Origin: Candidatus Latescibacterota bacterium
GTDB lineage: Bacteria; Latescibacterota; UBA2968
Direction of reading: 5' to 3'
Length of the DNA: 64,000 nucleotides
NCBI GenBank assembly: GCA_965198115.1
Contig: OZ240241.1
Coordinates: 1,728,001-1,792,000 of the forward strand
Shown: positions 42,157 to 53,968 of the stretch, one piece after another
Numbering within the stretch: the stretch's first letter is position 1
How the letters are laid out: each line of letters begins with the position of its first letter
Translations under genes and position numbers: made by a program
Notes under the pieces: model-generated
The model's database searches: none
What the model was told of the DNA's origin: nothing
What the model saw: the letters and a program-made list of their open reading frames with translations, nothing else

Positions 42157-44872
42157 GGGTTCGCGAATAAATAAGGCTATATCCGGATCTCTCAACGAGA
42201 TGAAGTGGGTGAAGGTGCCGTGGTTCCTGGCATGGGGGCGCGGTTAGAGTGTGCGGAACCTCTTCGGAATCTGCTCAGGGATGTTTATGTCTCCGACGGT
42301 AAGGAAGATCATATCGTTGAATGCGTCGAGTGTGCGGAATCCGCTGGCTCGGTTCTTGACGATTTGGACGATTCGGTTGAGGCCTTCGGCGATGGCGTTG
42401 GTAAGACGCGTGTTCACGAATGCGAGGACGCCGAAGAAGTGCTGTCGCAGGGTCCTGACGAACTTTCGCAGGGGTTCAAGTCGACTTCTGAGTGCGGACG
42501 TCGTCCAGCATTTCAGGAAGCGTTCGGCAGCCCAGGGCGCTTTGTATTCCCAGAACTGCTCGAACTCGTCCTTGAGTCTCCAGGCTCTATAGATTCGGTA
42601 GTTCGCCTTCTCCAGTGCTTTGAGTGTCCGAGTATCCCCTCTGGAGCGTGTCGCTGAGTGCCGGTAGAGGAGCCATCGGAGGCCCTTCATGGCTTTGCGC
42701 TCATCCGGGGCAGCTTTACGCCACTGGTCCTTACGGACCTCGTCAACGGCGGCATTGAGAGCCTTGACGATGTGAAAGCGATCGAGGACCAGCTTGGCAC
42801 AGTGTTCCTGGATGGCTCCGATGTAAGCTTCGCTCATGTCGCAGCAGGCCCACTCGATCTTGGATCTCCGGTAGGGACTGAGAGCCTCTGTGAAGAACCG
42901 ATCGATCGTTTTACGCGCCCTGCCGCGGCCAACCCACACCACGCAGGAGCGGTCCAGATCGTAAACGAGCGTGGCGTACCTGTGACGCTTGGCGTAGGAG
43001 ATCTCGTCGATCCCGATGGTTTTGAGCCCTCGGATACGATGACCTTCACGAAGCCGCGTGATGGATCGGTGAAGGAGATCCGACAGCGTCGAGGCAGAGA
43101 TGCGCAGCAACTCGGACGCCGCCTTCTGCGTCATGGTCTGGCAGTAGCGCAGCATGGCATACTCGAAGCGATACGTCACCCGAGAGAACCGCTCCGCCCA
43201 CGGAATCTCCTCGACCACACGACCGTGGGTAGGACACCGAATCTCCCGAGGATGGTAGAGAAGCCAGACCCTCCACCCGCACACCGGAATGTCACGCCAC
43301 CGACGCGGATGGGGCATTGTGCGGACGATTTTACCTCGACGGCCGCACTCCGGACAACAACAACCATTCTTATGTGGCTTTACGGCGATGACGAAGCAGC
43401 TTCTCCCCTCAAACCACCAGCTGACAACACGGAACCCCTTGAATCTCAGCAGTTTCGATAGTAATCTGCTCCCGGTCATAGGTCGCACCCCCTTCGCTTT
43501 GATTGTCCTACACACACAACCAAGCGTAGGGAACGATCTATGACCTTGTCATTCTATAGTTTCACCGTTGAGAGATCCGGATATAGCCATAAATAAACGG
43601 TCGATCTCAATGTTGAGCCATTGGCCGGATCGTGTAGTTCCAGTCGCCGTGGAAATCGTGCGGAGTGAGATCGATTTGGGTCATCTGTTCATCGGTCACC
43701 TTGACCCCGTTAGGGTAGGGTCGCTTGTCGATCTCGGAGCGTACTCGGAGACCGGCTTGAGTGGTCGTTCCGGCAATGAGATTCACGGTTGCAGCCAGGC
43801 TGACCAGGGGCTTGCCTTGCCAGTTCATAGCGATGAAGGAGAACAGGCGATGTTCGATCTTGTTCCACTTACTAGTGCCAGGAGGGTAGTGGCATACGGT
43901 GATCGTCAGGCCAGTGCGATTCGCAAAGCGCTGCAGCTCCCACTTCCACAGCCGCGTCTTGGCGCCGTTGCTGCCGCCTGCGTCCGCCGTGATTAGCAGA
44001 TGCGTCGAAGTGCCGTAGGCGGGCCGTCCCATGTTCTTCCACCAACTTCGGATCGCATTCACGGCGAAGCTGGCCGTGTCGTGATCGATACCGACACTTA
44101 CCCAGCCTTCATCACGGCTCAGATCATACACTCCATAAGGGATCGCCTTGCCCTGAGCAGGCACTATGAAATCGTGTACCTTCACACGCTCCGGGTCTCC
44201 CTTGGGTCGCCATTCTCGGCCAGGATTCTTGAAGTCGCCGATCAACTCTTTCTTCTTGGTGTCCACCGAGATAACGGGAAGGCCCTGCTGCTGCTGCTGG
44301 CTAATCCGATCATCGAGGTAAACGAACTGAGCGTCCCGATCCGGGTGTGCAGATCCCTCCCTTGTCTTCCGATTCGCCTGCAGCGTGTAATCGTGTTCGT
44401 GCAGGAGATTGGCAACGATCCTGGGGCTCACCGAATGCCCCATCGCTTGCAACTCGGCGGCCAGTTTGCGAGTGCTCTTCGATGTCCATCTCAGAGGATT
44501 GTCGTCAGGCGACCCCGCAGTCGTTGGCTCGACCAGATCATTCAGGTCCTGCCACAGCGTCGGGTCCGTGTCGGCCTTCCGCTTACGACCGCCGCCTGGA
44601 CGCCGGATGCGAGCCGGGTCCAAAGGTTCGTCCGACCTCAACTCCTGAATGCCACGAAAGATCCGCTCTCTGGACATTCCTGTCGCCAGAGCCACAATCG
44701 CGATCCCACCGTGACCCAACGCTTCGGCTTCCGTGGCGGCCCACAGACGACGCGTGCGTTCCGTCAGCACCGGAGCCAAGGCTTCATACTTCGTTCGGAG
44801 AGTTTCGACGTCCACACTCCGAGCGTAAGATCATTACCTTGAAAAGTGCAGCACTTATTTCGTGGCAAGCCC
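42157..44872 (-). mobile_element. ISAzo13 copy 2 (transposase 43607-44815) carrying a nested ISL3
   Basis: Near-identical to copy 1; TAA DR at 42154-56 and 44873-75. Confidence 0.95.
42175..43588 (-). mobile_element. ISL3 copy 2 (transposase 42244-43515)
   Basis: Near-identical to 24590-26009; perfect 23-bp IRs; 8-bp DR ATAAATAA inside the ISAzo13 end. Confidence 0.95.
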
Positions 44873-44981
44873 TAAGAGCGCGAAGCCGGCTGAAGCCGGC
44901 TAACAGACCCAGCCCGCTTTAGCGGGCTTCGCTAACATAGCGTGGGGATTCATCCCCACGCGAAATGACGTCCTCGGTTCA

Positions 44982-45587
44982 ATGAAAACCATACAACTCG
45001 GCAACACCGACCTCACCGTCACCCGCTACTGTCAGGGCACGGCCTTCCGTCATCTACCTCGCCACGCCGATGAGCCATTGGCCGAGCGCGTGCTGCGCCA
45101 TTGCCTCGACAGGGGCGTGACATTCTTCGATTCCGCTTATGCTTACGGCTGGGGAGGCGCGGAAGAACTGCTCGGGAAAGTCGTTCATGGCCGACGCGAC
45201 CTGGTCGTCATCTGCACCAAGGTCCCCCCGACAAATCCGCCGGAAGTCGAGGAGAATCCCGGCACGCACACACACTTCACGCTGGCCTATTTGCAGGAAC
45301 AGCTCGATGCGGCCCTTGGACGTCTGGGCACGGACTACGTGGACATTTATTCCATCAGCCCGACCCCGAAACACCCGCCGGGGAGCTATGTGCGTCGATG
45401 GATCGGCTCGTGCAGTCTGGCAAGACGCGATACTGGGGTTGTCCAACCACGAACCCAGCGTCGTCGCCGAGTGCTCGGAAATCGCCAAAGCATCGGGCTC
45501 CGCGCCCCCGTCCGTGCTCGAGGACTACTACAATATCGCCGGCGCCTATTCAGCCAAGACTGACGGCCAATCAAGAATACGTTGGCT
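44982..45587 (+). pseudogene. Aldo/keto reductase, frameshifted and truncated
   Basis: LGNTDLTV, FFDSAYAYG, ICTK, LGTDYVDI...HQPD, GKTRYWG. Confidence 0.85.
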
Positions 45588-46075
45588 AGGAGCCTGTCGG
45601 GTTACACCCGGAAGCTCGTTGAGATTAAGTCCAGCTGAGTCTGGCAGCGACCGGTTACCTTCGTTTTTTCCTTGAGCCGAGTTCCTCTTCGGGATCAGGT
45701 AGCCAATGAGAGTCGATAGAGTTTCAGAAGGTTGTGTGTGAGACAGATCAGGTTCCATTCTCTGATGACTTTGTGGATTCGGCGGAATGAGAATCGGGTG
45801 AAGTTCCGAACGGATTTGATCTGTCCAAACACGGGTTCGATGATCTGCTTTCTTTTCCAAAGGGTCCGGGGCCTTGATGACGAGGAGATCGGCTCGTGCC
45901 AGTTTTCTGAGCAGGCGGGTGAGACTGCCATCGAAGTGCGCCTGCCCAACACATCGAGTTTAGAATTTTTGGAAAACGCGTAACACATCTTGTCTTGGGG
46001 GGTTATTGACCACACTCCGATTGCTGTTACCAGTCGTCCTATTTCTTCGTAACTAATTGTTGTGCAGTGAATTAT
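45586..46075 (-). mobile_element. IS debris: IS1182-family 3' end plus an IS21 istB fragment
   Basis: RKQIIEPVFGQIK...HNLLKL and end CCGACAGGCTCCTAG; DGSLTRLLRKLARADLLVI. Confidence 0.7.
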
Positions 46076-46508
46076 GTGATTCATGCGATCCTGGAATGAC
46101 GCGGATAGCACCTTCCTCCTTTGTGGTCGGGTCCAGGTAGATCATGATCTTGATCCGGCTATAGTCCAGCTCCTCCGCGCCGGGCCGGTCGGCGTGCCAG
46201 TGGTGTATCGGTGTTCCCTGCAAGAATCCGCGGTTGCCCTCTGAACCGGACCAGATGAAGTCCTCACCCAGAAGATCTGAGATAATATCGTGGATCCGCT
46301 TGTCGTCGACGAGTTGGAGTAGTGTCTCGTTTCGCTCGACGAACGGCGCGGTGTGCATTTCCTCGTCGAGAGCCGGTTGCTTTCCCAGCTCCTCCGTCCA
46401 GACCAGCTCGGCAGCGTCCTTGATGGTCTGGATATCGTCAGCCGAGAACAGCTGGCGGCAGACCAGAAAACCGAAGGTCTCGAAGTGCGCGCGATCGTTT
46501 TCGTTCAT
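46075..46508 (-). pseudogene. PhyH (phytanoyl-CoA dioxygenase-family) 5' fragment
   Basis: FETFGFL, WHAD, IYLD, VIPGSH, then truncated. Confidence 0.8.
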
Positions 46509-46646
46509 GTGGAAACCCTTCCATCCCTGGGCTCCGCCTCGAGGCCATTGAGATAAGCCTCATTGCGTCCTCGTGCGGAGCACAGGGACGCCTACGTGTA
46601 TCCGGAAAGGCTAAACTCAATGGCAGATGAGCTCTATCTGGGAACG

Positions 46647-47732
46647 TCACTGATACTTCGCTTCGTCTTCCGGGCTGACCTCGAGATCCTTGCCGACCTT
46701 CACCTCGAGCTTGTCTGCCCATTCCTGAATCCGTCCGACGGTCTTGGGCCATACCTCGACGCCCATTTCGAGTCGCTCTCGTCTGGAGTTCTGTTCGTAA
46801 TCTCCGGGGACGATTACTTCGTCGAAACCGGCAGCGGGAGGCGTCTTCTTGATGCCGTCGAGGAAGCTGCGAACGCCCTTCTGATAATCTTCTAGCGGCA
46901 GGAAAGCCTTGACGTCGATGACCTGCATGAAGGCACCGCCCATTGTGCCCTGTTCCGCGTCGAACTGGCCGGACAGACCGCCCAAAAGGCAGGTGAACAG
47001 GGAGAGGGCGTAGCCTTTGTGGAGACCGAAACCGAGCATGTTTCCACCCTCGGTGAGGTCGCTCACTTTGACACTCGGGCTTCCGTTCTTGTCGACGATG
47101 CATCCTTCGGGCAGGTCGGCATCTTTGCTTTCGGCGAACGCGGTTTTCCCGCCTGCGATCATGGTCGTTGCATAGTCCAGGACAAACGGTGTGTCATCGC
47201 CCGTTGGTACGCCCACTGCGATCGGGTTCGTGCCGAGCTTGCCTTCGGCGCCACCGTAGGGAAGGGTCCCGCCGCCCCGAATGCCGACGCTCCGCTTGCC
47301 GCCTCCACCTCCAGTACTGATCCAGCCGATGCAACCCGCGTGGGCAGCGATTTCGGCCCACTGCCCGAGCCGACCGATGTGACCGTTATTCTTGAGGCTC
47401 ACGCGGCAGACCTCGGACTGCTTGGCTTTCTTTATGGCCAGTTCGACGGCCGTCCTCGCCGTGTAGAGTCCTGATCCCTTGTTTCCGTTGAGGACGACGG
47501 TGGTGTCGGTCTCCCGCTCCACTGTCGGTTCCGCACCGGCGACGACCGCGCCCGATTCGATCGCATCGAGATAGCTAGGAATGCGCAGGATGCCGTGCGA
47601 GTCGTGTCCGGCGACGTTTGCGCCGACGAGCGTTGCGGCGATCACCTCCGCGATGTGGGTGGGCGTGCCGGCTGCCTCGAACAGCTGGCGCGTCATTGTG
47701 TGCAGGTAACTTGCTTGGTACCGCTGGGCCAT
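46647..47732 (-). CDS. Ldh_2-family (malate/L-lactate/sulfolactate-type) oxidoreductase
   Basis: GHDSHGILR, HIGRLG, GTNPIA, DYATT, HKGYAL, VPG. Confidence 0.9.
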   Translation of the reverse strand: MAQRYQASYLHTMTRQLFEAAGTPTHIAEVIAATLVGANVAGHDSHGILRIPSYLDAIESGAVVAGAEPTVERETDTTVVLNGNKGSGLYTARTAVELAIKKAKQSEVCRVSLKNNGHIGRLGQWAEIAAHAGCIGWISTGGGGGKRSVGIRGGGTLPYGGAEGKLGTNPIAVGVPTGDDTPFVLDYATTMIAGGKTAFAESKDADLPEGCIVDKNGSPSVKVSDLTEGGNMLGFGLHKGYALSLFTCLLGGLSGQFDAEQGTMGGAFMQVIDVKAFLPLEDYQKGVRSFLDGIKKTPPAAGFDEVIVPGDYEQNSRRERLEMGVEVWPKTVGRIQEWADKLEVKVGKDLEVSPEDEAKYQ

Positions 47733-47884
47733 GGATTGCTCCTCGGTTGCTTGCGCTGGCTTCCGCCAGGATGGGTGTTCAGTGTTCGGTCCCCTACGTC
47801 TATGCTTCGGGGGACAGGTGTTTAGGAAAACAAACTTCCCGGGTGATTAAGCATAGCGAAAGACCTCTTCACAATGATTGAGAT

Positions 47885-48949
47885 CTATTTATACCGCTCC
47901 TTGTCCGATGCCTCTATGAGATCGTCGCTCCAGGCTATTTCGAGTTTATCGGCCCATTCCTTGATGCCGTCGACGGTCATGTCCCACACTTCGATACCGT
48001 TGGCGAGACGATCCTGACGTGCCAGGTGCTCGGGATCGCCGGGGACGAGGACCTGATCGAAACCCAGCGCCGGCGAGTTGTCCTTGACCGAGTCGAGGAA
48101 CGCACGTACGCCCTCCTGATAGGGGCCAAGCGCTGTGAAAGCTTCGATATCCATCACCTGGATCAGACACCCTCCCATGGACTGGCTCGTGGAATCGAAG
48201 TTTCCGTCCAGCCCACCAAGAAGTGCAACGACGAGCGACATCGCGTAGCCCTTGTGTTTGCCGAAGGCGAGAAGATTTCCCCCGTCGTAGTAATCCTGCA
48301 CTTTGACGGTCGGGTTTCCGTCCTTGTCGACGATGCAGCCTTCGCGAAGGTCCTTACCCTGGGTCTCGGCGAAGAACATCTTGCCGGCCGCGATGGCGCT
48401 CGTCGCAAAGTCGATAATGAAGGGTGCTTCATCTCCTGTCGGAACGCCAATTGCCATGGGGTTCGTGCCCATAGCTGGCTTCGAGCCTCCATATGGCAGA
48501 ATGCGCCCCTTGCCGGGGCCCCCGCTGCCCGCCGTGATGATGCCGATGCATCCCGCGTGGGCCGCGATTTCTGCGTAGGCGCCGAGTCTACCGATGTGAC
48601 CCATGTTCGTGACGCATACGCGGTGGGTTTCGAGTTTTTTCGCTTTCTCAATCGCGTACTCCGTCGCCTTCTTGGCCGTATACAGGCCCGAACCGCCATT
48701 TCCGTCACACACAGCAATGGTGGAGGACCGATCAGTAAACGATGGTTCGTCTGCGCTATACCCTCCGCCGTTTTGAATCCCTTGCAGGTAACCTGGAACT
48801 CTCAGAATGCCGTGAGAGTCGTGTCCACTCAGGTTCGACCCGATGAGCATTTCGGCGATGACGTCGGCGACGTGGCGAGGCGTGTCGATCGCCTCGAACA
48901 GTCGTCGAGTCAGGGCGTGGAGGAAAGCAACCTGATAGCGTTGTGCCAC
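47885..48949 (-). CDS. Ldh_2-family oxidoreductase (tandem paralog)
   Basis: GHDSHGILR, HIGRLG, GTNPMA, DFATS, HKGYAM. Confidence 0.9.
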   Translation of the reverse strand: MAQRYQVAFLHALTRRLFEAIDTPRHVADVIAEMLIGSNLSGHDSHGILRVPGYLQGIQNGGGYSADEPSFTDRSSTIAVCDGNGGSGLYTAKKATEYAIEKAKKLETHRVCVTNMGHIGRLGAYAEIAAHAGCIGIITAGSGGPGKGRILPYGGSKPAMGTNPMAIGVPTGDEAPFIIDFATSAIAAGKMFFAETQGKDLREGCIVDKDGNPTVKVQDYYDGGNLLAFGKHKGYAMSLVVALLGGLDGNFDSTSQSMGGCLIQVMDIEAFTALGPYQEGVRAFLDSVKDNSPALGFDQVLVPGDPEHLARQDRLANGIEVWDMTVDGIKEWADKLEIAWSDDLIEASDKERYK

Positions 48950-48966
48950 GTCGTTGGCCTCACTGT

Positions 48967-50635
48967 TCAGGATGGGATCACAGGCAAGGTGATGTGGGAG
49001 GCGTTCTCCCGTTCGTGATAGATCGTCTGATGCGCGATCTGTATTTCGTCGTCCAGTCCGGGCGTGTTTCCTGTGTTCAGGTTCCGATCGAACCGAGGAA
49101 AGTTACTGCTCGAGATTTCGAGCCGGATTCGATGACCCACTTTGAACAGGTTACTCGTCTCCCACAGTTGGATCTTGTATTCCACGACAGCATTCGGCTC
49201 GATCAGTGTTGGATTCTCAAAGGAATCCCTGAAACGAGCCCTGACGATGCCCTCCGTGATGTGAATCGCTTTGCCACCGGGGTGGACGTCTACGAGGGTT
49301 GCGGTGAAGTCCGTGTCTCGCGCGTCTGAGGCGGCGAAGAGCGTCAGTTCGATCGGGCCGGTTGCCTCCAGATCTGCCTCGAGGGGATCTGTCGAGTAGA
49401 CAAGCACGTCGTCTCTGCGCTCCACGGGTCGACGGTCTCTAGGTCCGGTACAGTCGATGAACATGCTCTGCCCACCGTGTGTCGGCACGGGATCCTCCGG
49501 ATCGTAGCCGAAGGTATCGCAGGGCTCTTGATCGGGGGGCTCCGTACTGAGGGCGCCGTCCCCGAGCAGAGAGTTCGCCTGGCCTCCGCTGTGTAAGTAG
49601 AACGTGGTGAACTGTGTGCGTGCGAGGGGCCATTCATTTTCGGAACGCCAGACGTTTGCACCCATGACGAAGATGCGGACGGGCGGCTCCTCGTCGATGC
49701 CGGTCTCGATGCCTCGCAGACGTTGATCGTACCAGCGCAGGTGCTCGTCGGGCATGTCGACCGTCGCACCTGGTCCGAAATCGATGTCACCGTACCGTTC
49801 CGCGCTCCCGATCAGCGAGTGCGTCCACGGCCCTACCATCATTCGAGTACGCTTCCTGGTCTCCTCGCTTCTGGCCTTGGCCCTCCATCCCGTGAAGCAT
49901 TTGAAGCCTTCGTGCACGAGATTGTCGTACCAACCGGTTATGAAGTAGGAGGGCGTTTCCACCTCGTCGTACTTGCTCTTCATGCTGTATGATGTCCAGA
50001 AGTCGTCGAACGCCTCGTGGCGGATGACGTCGTGGTAGAAAGGACGATCCGCGATGTCGTCGAGTGCGGTCAACAACGGAAGCCTGCGATGGACCGTGTT
50101 CCAGTCGATCAGGTCTCTGGGGGCGATCTGGTTCGTCCGGTCACCGAGATAGACCCAGTTCATCACGTTCTGAAGCTGCAGGATCCCGTTGTATCTCAGG
50201 TGACCGTAGTTGTCCTCCTGGTTCGCGATCGGGACCAGCGCCTTGACATAGGTGCTGCGATAGGGGGCCGGCAGAATCTGCGTGAATCCCGGGTAGGATA
50301 CGCCGAAGGTGCCGATGGTGCCATCGCACCAGGATTGAGCGCCGATCCACTCCTGCGTGTCGAATCCATCCTGGGCCTCGTCTACGTAAGGACGCCACTT
50401 GCCCTTCGGACTCGAATCGGCCCCGGCAGTCCTGCATAACGGTGGCATAGCCCGCCTTTGCGAATTGCACCGACCAGTCGATGTATCGCGGGTGCTGCGT
50501 GCTGTAGGGTGACCGGATCAACAGGACGGGGAATCGGTCACCTCTGGCCGGGCGGTACATGGCGGCGTAGAGGTTCACGCCGTCCCGCATGGGGATCTTC
50601 AGATCGAGCTGTATGTGAACGTCGGGTTCCGCCAT
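48967..50635 (-). CDS. CocE/NonD-family hydrolase, frameshift near 50405
   Basis: PMRDGV, RSPY, QDCRGRFESEG, GVSYPG, GWYD, GPWTH, SSNFPRFDRN. Confidence 0.9.
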
Positions 50636-50675
50636 TGCTCAGCCGCTTTACATCCCGTCCCAGACTTCGTCGAAC

Positions 50676-52055
50676 TCCAGCGCCCCGGGGTTTTCTTGGA
50701 CACTCCGTTGACCTACAGTAGGTCGAAAAGGAGGGTCCACCATGAACAAGGCTACTAGGGGATCGGTTGGGGCGGAGCGAGCGAGAGCGAGCGGAGGCCC
50801 AGCCGATCCAAGCGCGACTTCGCAGGGTCGTTTCTCCGTGAAGAAGAAGGCCGAAGCCGTATTACGTGTGATGCGTGGCGAGAGCCTCGACAGCGTCTCT
50901 CGCGATCTGGGAGTAACGGCAGCTAAATTGAGCGAGTGGCGCGATCAGTTCCACTCTGGCGCCCAGGCCGCACTACGCTCTCGTCCGAGCGACGAGCGTG
51001 ACGAGAGGGTCAAGGACCTCCAGGCGAAGATTGGCGAGCTCACGATGGACAACGAGCTGCTGCAACAAAGAATCGATCGTCTGGAAGCCCGCCGCCCTTT
51101 GGCGCATCGGAGGTCGCGGAAATGAGTGAGGTCCTTTCGCCCTCCACGGGGAGACGCTACAGCATTAAACGCGTGTGCAAAGTGTGGCAGATACCCCGTT
51201 CCACGGTGCACAGCCAGCTTCGTCGTTCATCCGTAACCGATCTTCGGCAACCCCGGAAGCGAGGCCCGGTCGGAGCGGGTACCGATGAGGAATTGGTCTC
51301 CCTCATTCAGCAGGAGATCGACGCGTCACCCTTCCACGGCGAAGGATACCGCAAGATCTGGGCCAGGCTTCGCTTTCACGGTATGCGGACGTCAAAGGAT
51401 CGGGTCCGCCGGTTGATGCGTGAAAACGGGCTCCAGGCGCGTCCAGGACGGCGTCGCGAACGACGAGCCCACGATGGCACGATTACGACCGAGAAGCCCG
51501 ATCAGATGTGGGGCACCGACCTGACTGTGACGCCCACGGTCGACGAGGGCAGAGCCTCCGTGTTTATCGCGATCGACCACTGCACGTGCGAGTGTGTGGG
51601 CATTCACGCCTCCAAGACGGCCAACCGCTTTGAGGCTCTCGAGCCGATCCGACAGGGCATCCGTGAACACTTCGGGGGCTTCGAAGAAAACATCGCCGAA
51701 GGACTGGAGCTCCGACACGATCACGGGTCACAATACGTCTCTGACGACTTCCAGAACGAGATCGCATTCCTCGGCGTCCAAACATCGCCGAGTTTCGTGC
51801 GTGAGCCAGAAGGCAACGGATGCGCCGAGCGGTTCATCCGTACCCTCAAAGAAAACCTCCTGTGGGTTAGACACTTCAGTACCATCGAAGACCTGCGCCT
51901 CGCACTCCTTGAGTTTCGGGACAGATACAACCACAGGTGGATCATCGAACGTCACGGCTACAAGACGCCCGAACAGGCTAGAAACGCACTCACGGCAACT
52001 CGAAAGGCCGCCTGAATACACTCACCCGAGTGTCCAGACAACCGCGGGCTTTACA
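50676..52055 (+). mobile_element. IS3-family element (orfA 50742-51125, orfB 51122-52015)
   Basis: HTH orfA; GYRKIW, WGTD, HDHGSQY, AERFIRTLK; IRs sharing GGACAC; no DR. Confidence 0.9.
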
Positions 52056-52903
52056 CGTCCCATGTTCTTCCACCAACTTCGGATCGCATTCACGGCGAAG
52101 CTGGCCGTGTCGTGATCGATACCGACACTTACCCAGCCTTCATCACGGCTCAGATCATACACTCCATAAGGGATCGCCTTGCCCTGAGCAGGCACTATGA
52201 AATCGTGTACCTTCACACGCTCCGGGTCTCCCTTGGGTCGCCATTCTCGGCCAGGATTCTTGAAGTCGCCGATCAACTCTTTCTTCTTGGTGTCCACCGA
52301 GATAACGGGAAGGCCCTGCTGCTGCTGCTGGCTAATCCGATCATCGAGGTAAACGAACTGAGCGTCCCGATCCGGGTGTGCAGATCCCTCCCTTGTCTTC
52401 CGATTCGCCTGCAGCGTGTAATCGTGTTCGTGCAGGAGATTGGCAACGATCCTGGGGCTCACCGAATGCCCCATCGCTTGCAACTCGGCGGCCAGTTTGC
52501 GAGTGCTCTTCGATGTCCATCTCAGAGGATTGTCGTCAGGCGACCCCGCAGTCGTTGGCTCGACCAGATCATTCAGGTCCTGCCACAGCGTCGGGTCCGT
52601 GTCGGCCTTCCGCTTACGACCGCCGCCTGGACGCCGGATGCGAGCCGGGTCCAAAGGTTCGTCCGACCTCAACTCCTGAATGCCACGAAAGATCCGCTCT
52701 CTGGACATTCCTGTCGCCAGAGCCACAATCGCGATCCCACCGTGACCCAACGCTTCGGCTTCCGTGGCGGCCCACAGACGACGCGTGCGTTCCGTCAGCA
52801 CCGGAGCCAAGGCTTCATACTTCGTTCGGAGAGTTTCGACGTCCACACTCCGAGCGTAAGATCATTACCTTGAAAAGTGCAGCACTTATTTCGTGGCAAG
52901 CCC
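52056..52903 (-). mobile_element. ISAzo13 copy 3, truncated by IS3
   Basis: Matches the 5' part of the other copies; followed by TTA. Confidence 0.92.
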
Positions 52904-53956
52904 TTAGACGTTCCCCGGGTGCGCGACGTCGAGGCCGACGCAGAGGTTTCCCTGGCTGCATACCGGGCTCTACAGACGCCCAAGAAGACGGACGAGGGGC
53001 TGTTGCTTCGTGTTCTCAAGGGGATCTCGTGCCGCAACTACAAGGCCTGTGCCGAATCGGTTCCAGAAGCGTTTGGTATCTCAGCGTCCTCCGTCTCGCG
53101 GCGGTTCATTAAAGCCACCGCGAAGAAGCGGAAGCAGTTCCAGGAGCGTCCCCTCGACGACTACGGCTTCGTGACCCTGTTCATTGACGGAAAGAGCTTT
53201 GCCGACGAAGAGATCGTGATCGCTCCGGGGGTCACGATGGACGGCCAGAAGATCCCCCTGGGCTTCGTCGAATCGGCGACGGAGAACGAACGGATCTGCC
53301 GCCAGCTGATCCAGGATCTCATCCGGAGAGGCCTGTGCTACGACCAGGGCCTTCTCGTTGTGCTTGACGGCTCAAAGGGACTCCGCAGTGCTGTCACCAA
53401 AGCCCTCAAAGGGTATGTGCGCGTGCATCGCTGTCAGTGGCACAAGCGCGAGAATGTCGTCAGCTATCTCCCGGAGAGGGAACGTCCAAGAGTTCGACGG
53501 AAGCTCCAGAAAGCCTATGACTGCGACACCTACGAGGAGGCAAAGGCCGCACTCGAATCACTTAAACCCGAACTGAAGCTGATGAATCAGTCTGCCGTAA
53601 CGAGCCTCGAGGAAGGCCTGGAGGAAACCCTGACCCTCCACCGGCTGGGTATGCTCCCATTCCTGAAACGAAGCTTCCGAACCACCAACTGCATCGAAGC
53701 CCTCAACAGCAGGACCGGCGAGCTCACTCGGAAGGTCAGACGCTGGAACAACTCTCCCCAGAGACACAGATGGGTGGCTGCCGCACTCCTCGACATCGAA
53801 CCTCGCCTGCGACGCGTGAGCGGATACAAACATCTTCCCCTACTCAGGCAAGCACTGAACAAAGATCTGAATCTCGATAACGAACAGAATGCTCAAAAGA
53901 GAGCCTGACCAAACTACAGGGCCCGATGAGTTTCAACTGACTATGGGACTTGACCC
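52904..53956 (+). mobile_element. IS256 element B copy 2, 5' part lost
   Basis: Near-identical to the reverse complement of 40590-41643; end GGGACTTGACCC. Confidence 0.92.
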
Positions 53957-53968
53957 GATTAGCGTGGG

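Larger units (their letters stand above)
42132..44961. repeat. REPIN-like inverted doublet split by ISAzo13
   Basis: The rejoined left half GCGTAGGACTGAAGCCCTACACTAAGAGCGCGAAGCCGGCTGAAGCCGGCT resembles the reverse complement of 44911-44961; each half has two hairpins. Confidence 0.7.

Noticed and set aside
46526-46546. CCCTGGGCTCCGCC repeat, also at ~58633
   Set aside because: Only two short GC-rich copies; perhaps REP-like but insufficient evidence
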